DNA from: Thermoleophilia bacterium
GTDB lineage: Bacteria; Actinomycetota; Thermoleophilia; RBG-16-64-13
Reading direction: 5' to 3'
NCBI GenBank assembly: GCA_040770645.1
Contig: JAXGIS010000002.1
Location: forward strand, 84,962 to 148,961
DNA: 64,000 nucleotides
Of this stretch, positions 60,693 through 64,000 are shown one piece after another (within the stretch, counting starts at the first letter, position 1; every line of letters starts with the position of its first letter). The notes under the pieces were generated by a model that was not told where the DNA came from, made no database searches, and worked only from the letters and a program-made list of their open reading frames with translations. The translations under genes and the position numbers were made by a program.

Positions 60693-63600
60693 TCAACCCT
60701 TTTTCCCCTCCGGCACGATCGCCAGCCAGCACACCAGGTGCACGTCTTCGATTTCGATGAGGGGCAGTGGTTCTGGAGCCGGACTCGGGCTGAGACCCAG
60801 TCTTTACCTCCTCGGCGACCGCAACCGCCTGACGGGCCGGGTCGTCGCTGGAGCGGAGGGCCCCGCGCAAAGCCCTCTCGATGCGCGCTCCGTAGGTGCC
60901 TCCACCGCATCGATCAACCACTCGGAGCTCCTCTTGAGGGATGTCCCCCGGAGGATGAGACCGCAGGAGCGCGGCGGCGTCCCGCATGGCTTTGGGTACC
61001 TTGGGCTGCAGGTTGAAAGGATCGGTGGCCTTCTGCCACTCCGCGAAGATGTGGTGGCGGGCATCTCCCAGGCATCGTAGGCCAGGTGGTAGAGTCTCGG
61101 AGTCGAGCGCACGCTCGGTATCCGCGTGGACCTGAGCCTGTGAGAGGCAGACGAGGGTCTCGGAGTCGACTTTGGGGATCCCATCTTCGGGGTAGCTCAC
61201 GTAGCGGTATTGTGCAGCCTCGTGATCGGCCACCCGAGCGCAGAAGACGAAGCCCCGGTCCGCCCTGAACGCACGAACCCGCTGCCCGAACCCCAAGGCA
61301 GAGCCCGCACCTGCCTGTGGTAATGGCGAAGCGGGTCGAGTCCCCGCTTCAGTTCTTGTCGGAACGCCTCGCCGAGTAGGCGTCCCCCTTCTCGCCTCCG
61401 GTCTCAAACAGCGTGGATCCCCTTGCAGGCGGAGGATCTCCTCGCGGGTGTCGGCGAAGATGACGTCGTGCACCTGCGAGCCGGGGAGCACTTCGCCTTC
61501 CACTCCCACGGCGGCTGCCGCCTGCCCGATCTTGCGCTGTAGGCGCTCTTCTAAGCCGAGGAGATCGTCGAGCTTCTGGTCGGGGAAGAAGCAGCGGAGG
61601 AACACGCGATCGTGGCGGCTGCCGATACGGTCTATACGCCCGTGGCGCTGTACCAGACGCATAGGGTTCCAGGGTAGGTCATAGTTGATGATGTGGCGGG
61701 CCTGCTGCAGGTTAACGCCTTCTGCCAGCACATCGGTGGTGACGAGGATGTCGTATCTGTCTTGGTCTCTTCCGGCAGGAGCGTCCGTGGTCTTGGGCGC
61801 AAATCCCCAAAGTACATCTGAGCGGTCCCCCCCGCGCCCGGAGATGGTCACCACGCGCCCAAGGTAGGGCGCCAACCGCGGGTCCGTCTTTGTGACTTCT
61901 TGGAGATACTTCTCGATCCAATCAGCCGTGTCGGCAAAGTACGAGAAGACGATCACCTTGCGGGCATCACGCACCTCCGAAGGCGTGAGCCCCTCTTCGT
62001 GAGCCTGCGCGGCAATATCGGCGAGCTCTTCAGTCAAGGCGGCCAGTTTGGGGTCGGTGCAGGCAGTGATGCGGCGGGCTTCGGCGGCAAATGCCAAAAG
62101 CAGTTCCTGATCGGCCGCCACATCGGCTCTTAGGGCGGCAACATCATAGGAAGAAGCGGGCTGACGATCGGTCAGATCCAGACCCTCCACATCGAGTTCA
62201 TCGCTGAGTTTATTGCTGAGTTCGTCGCTGTCGGTCGCCATCCACTCGGCAAGCGCGGCTCCGGTCACCACCCAACCCTGGTCCAACAGCTCCAGAAAGG
62301 CCCCGTGGGAGGCGGCCATGCGCTCGCAGGTGAGCGCAAAAGCATGAGAGGAGGACTCGAAACGTTTAAGCAGCCCCGAACGCAGAAGCCCTGCCAACTG
62401 TAGCTCATAGGATTCGGGATGCCCGGAGAGCGAGTACCCCGAGGGAGCGTAGCGGGCAAGACACAGGGTCGGTTGCTCCTCTAAGTCGTGCCCACAGATG
62501 CACCTGCCGTTGCCGCAATCGAGCGCATGGGCGAAACGGACAAAGAAGCCCGGCAGCGTCTCTTCTAAGTCGTAGGAGACCCGCTGCACCTTGGGCTGAG
62601 GGAAGCGAATGGCGACGCTCTCTCCTCGGATGTTCACCCGATCGTTGGGATAGTAGAGCTTGACGAAGTGACGCGTGCGCCGGACCGCCACCTCGTCTAG
62701 GACATCGAACAGCTTGTCTGGCGAGAGGTCGTCGGGATCCAGGGCCATAGCTTGGGCGAAATGGCCCCGCAAGGACCGTATGCCGGCGTGGGCAAAGGCG
62801 GCGTCGTTGCGGATGAAGTAGCCCAGGAGGTAGTAGAGGTCCCAGAGACTGTTGTTGACGGGGGTGGCGCTCAGCAGCACAAGATCTTTGGGAGGGGTAC
62901 CTTCGAGCAACCTGCGCAGCACCTCGGCCCGCTCGGTATCGGGGTTGCGGTAGGCTTGGGCCTCGTCGATGACCACCATGGCAAAATCGTCTATGGAGAA
63001 GTGCAGATGATCGCCATCACCTTTTGGGTTCAATTGGTGATCCCGGGAGAGCTCCTCGTAGGAGATACTACGGATGCCCAACTGGTGTTGGCCTAAGAAG
63101 TAGCGCCAGGGCCCGTCACGCAGGGCGGCCGGGCTGACCAGGAGCACCCGTTGACGCCGCTCCTGCACCGCTTGGCGGATGAGCTCGCCGGCCACAAAGG
63201 TTTTGCCCAGTCCCACCCCGTCTGCGATCAGCACCCCGTGGTGTTTGTCTAGGATGCGTTTGGCCCGCCACACCCCGTCATGCTGAAAGCTGGTGAGATG
63301 GATGCCTGCCGCTCCTTGGGCCTCCTCTTCCAACTCGGCGCCGTAGCGCTCATAGAGCATGCGCAGGTAGATCAGATAGGGGCGGTGGGGCAGATAACGG
63401 GCGGCGTAAAGCGAGGCGAGATCGAAGGGGGCCGACTGTTCCCAGACCTCGTCGAACCAATCCCTCACCTGCGCGACCACGTGCGGCTGGTACTGCCCTA
63501 AGTTGAGCTCGTTGTTGGTGGCCAGACCGGCGTAGGTGAAGTTGGACGATCCCACCACGGCACCCTGAGCATCGGTGCCCACCAGAAAAGTCTTGCCGTG

Positions 63601-64000
63601 CAGAAAACCGTGCTCGAAGCGGCGAATCTCCACCCCCTCCCGCCCAAGCCAAGTGATGAGGCGTTCGGCAAGCTCGTCGGTCTCAAGAGAAAAACCCAGC
63701 AGATCTCGGTCGGCTTTAAGCGAGCGGGTGTGCCCCTCCAGCGCCCGACGGAGTCTGGCCCGCTCCATCTCCTCGGGCCCGCTCACCGGATCAAGGTGCC
63801 TAAGTTGCCGCTCTTGGCCCTCAGGCTCCGCCCCCAGCACCAGCCGTACCCGCCCCACCTTCTCCAGCACGTCCGCCAGCAGTTGGAAACCTTCGGCGTT
63901 GAAGTAGGCGGTGGAGATGGCAAGCTCGAAAGGAGCGGCCAGAGTAGCCAGCAGATGCTCAAGGTAGCCACTGATGGCGGCGGCCACGGTGTTGTCGGAG
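60693..64000 (-). pseudogene. PLD-like nuclease domain fused to an SNF2-family helicase with a C-terminal domain of unknown function; 5' end beyond the window; at least 4 frameshifts in the 3' third
   Basis: The frame is open to the window edge (GTG at 63987 is only the caller's start). PLD motif: FLHGKTFLVG...VVGSSNFT. SNF2 motifs: ADGVGLGKTFVAGE, VVIDEAQAYRN, LLSATPVNNSLWDLY, LAEGVNLQQARHIINYDLPWNPMRLVQRHGRIDRIGS. The segments STLFETGGEKGDAYS, GEAFRQELKRGLDPLRHYHRQVRALPWGSGSGF and the true C-terminus LGLSPSPAPEPLPLIEIEDVHLVCWLAIVPEGKKG* (stop at 60693) are in other frames. Shifts are near 61420, 61372, 61255 and 60800. Confidence 0.85.

Overview
This is a visibly high-GC (not computed) bacterial chromosomal segment, with about 90% of genes on the minus strand. 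All calls come from reading the six-frame track and the raw sequence. No searches were run, so family names rest on recognised motifs.

Content, left to right:
- carB with a PyrR-binding leader, gdh, a polysaccharide deacetylase, and trkA/trkH.
- An aminotransferase, a flavin reductase, a methanogen-type ThyA-like protein and a Mut7-C RNase.
- A GntR-xdhC-yqeB operon (selenium-dependent molybdenum hydroxylase maturation).
- An FAH-family hydrolase, yjbQ, nfnAB, a BamA/Oah-like ring hydrolase and an SDR.
- A trehalose block: DUF5752-treT-otsB-otsA, with a convergent galT-like gene.
- A long operon: ACT-livKHMGF-paaK-thioesterase.
- A yqeC-mocA fusion, membrane/toastrack proteins, an AlkD-like gene, adenine deaminase and a type-B carboxylesterase.
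- A Bcp peroxiredoxin whose catalytic Cys codon is an in-frame TGA followed by a SECIS-like hairpin.
- DUF3467, a GT2 glycosyltransferase, plsY, carA, pyrC, a PAS protein, a split permease, pyrB, a methyltransferase and pyrR.
- opcA, an IS1182-like transposase stub fused to a truncated tal, then tkt. zwf is missing.
- At the right edge, a HigB-HigA-SecB-like toxin-antitoxin-chaperone (TAC) module directly downstream of a PLD-SNF2 helicase fusion that runs off the window.

No rRNA, tRNA or CRISPR array was recognised.

Major caveat: about 16 genes, including essential plsY, carB and pyrC, are broken by +/-1 frame shifts. I traced roughly 45 by hand (an approximate count), many of them in G/C runs. 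The protein sequence is otherwise well conserved in each local frame, so most are probably sequencing or assembly indels rather than real pseudogenes.

The best candidates for something new are the PLD-SNF2 plus TAC locus and the Sec-Bcp recoding event. Lineage is inference only: the tkt-tal-(zwf)-opcA order, PyrR sites overlapping ribosome-binding sites, and the TAC module suggest an Actinobacteria-like anaerobe.
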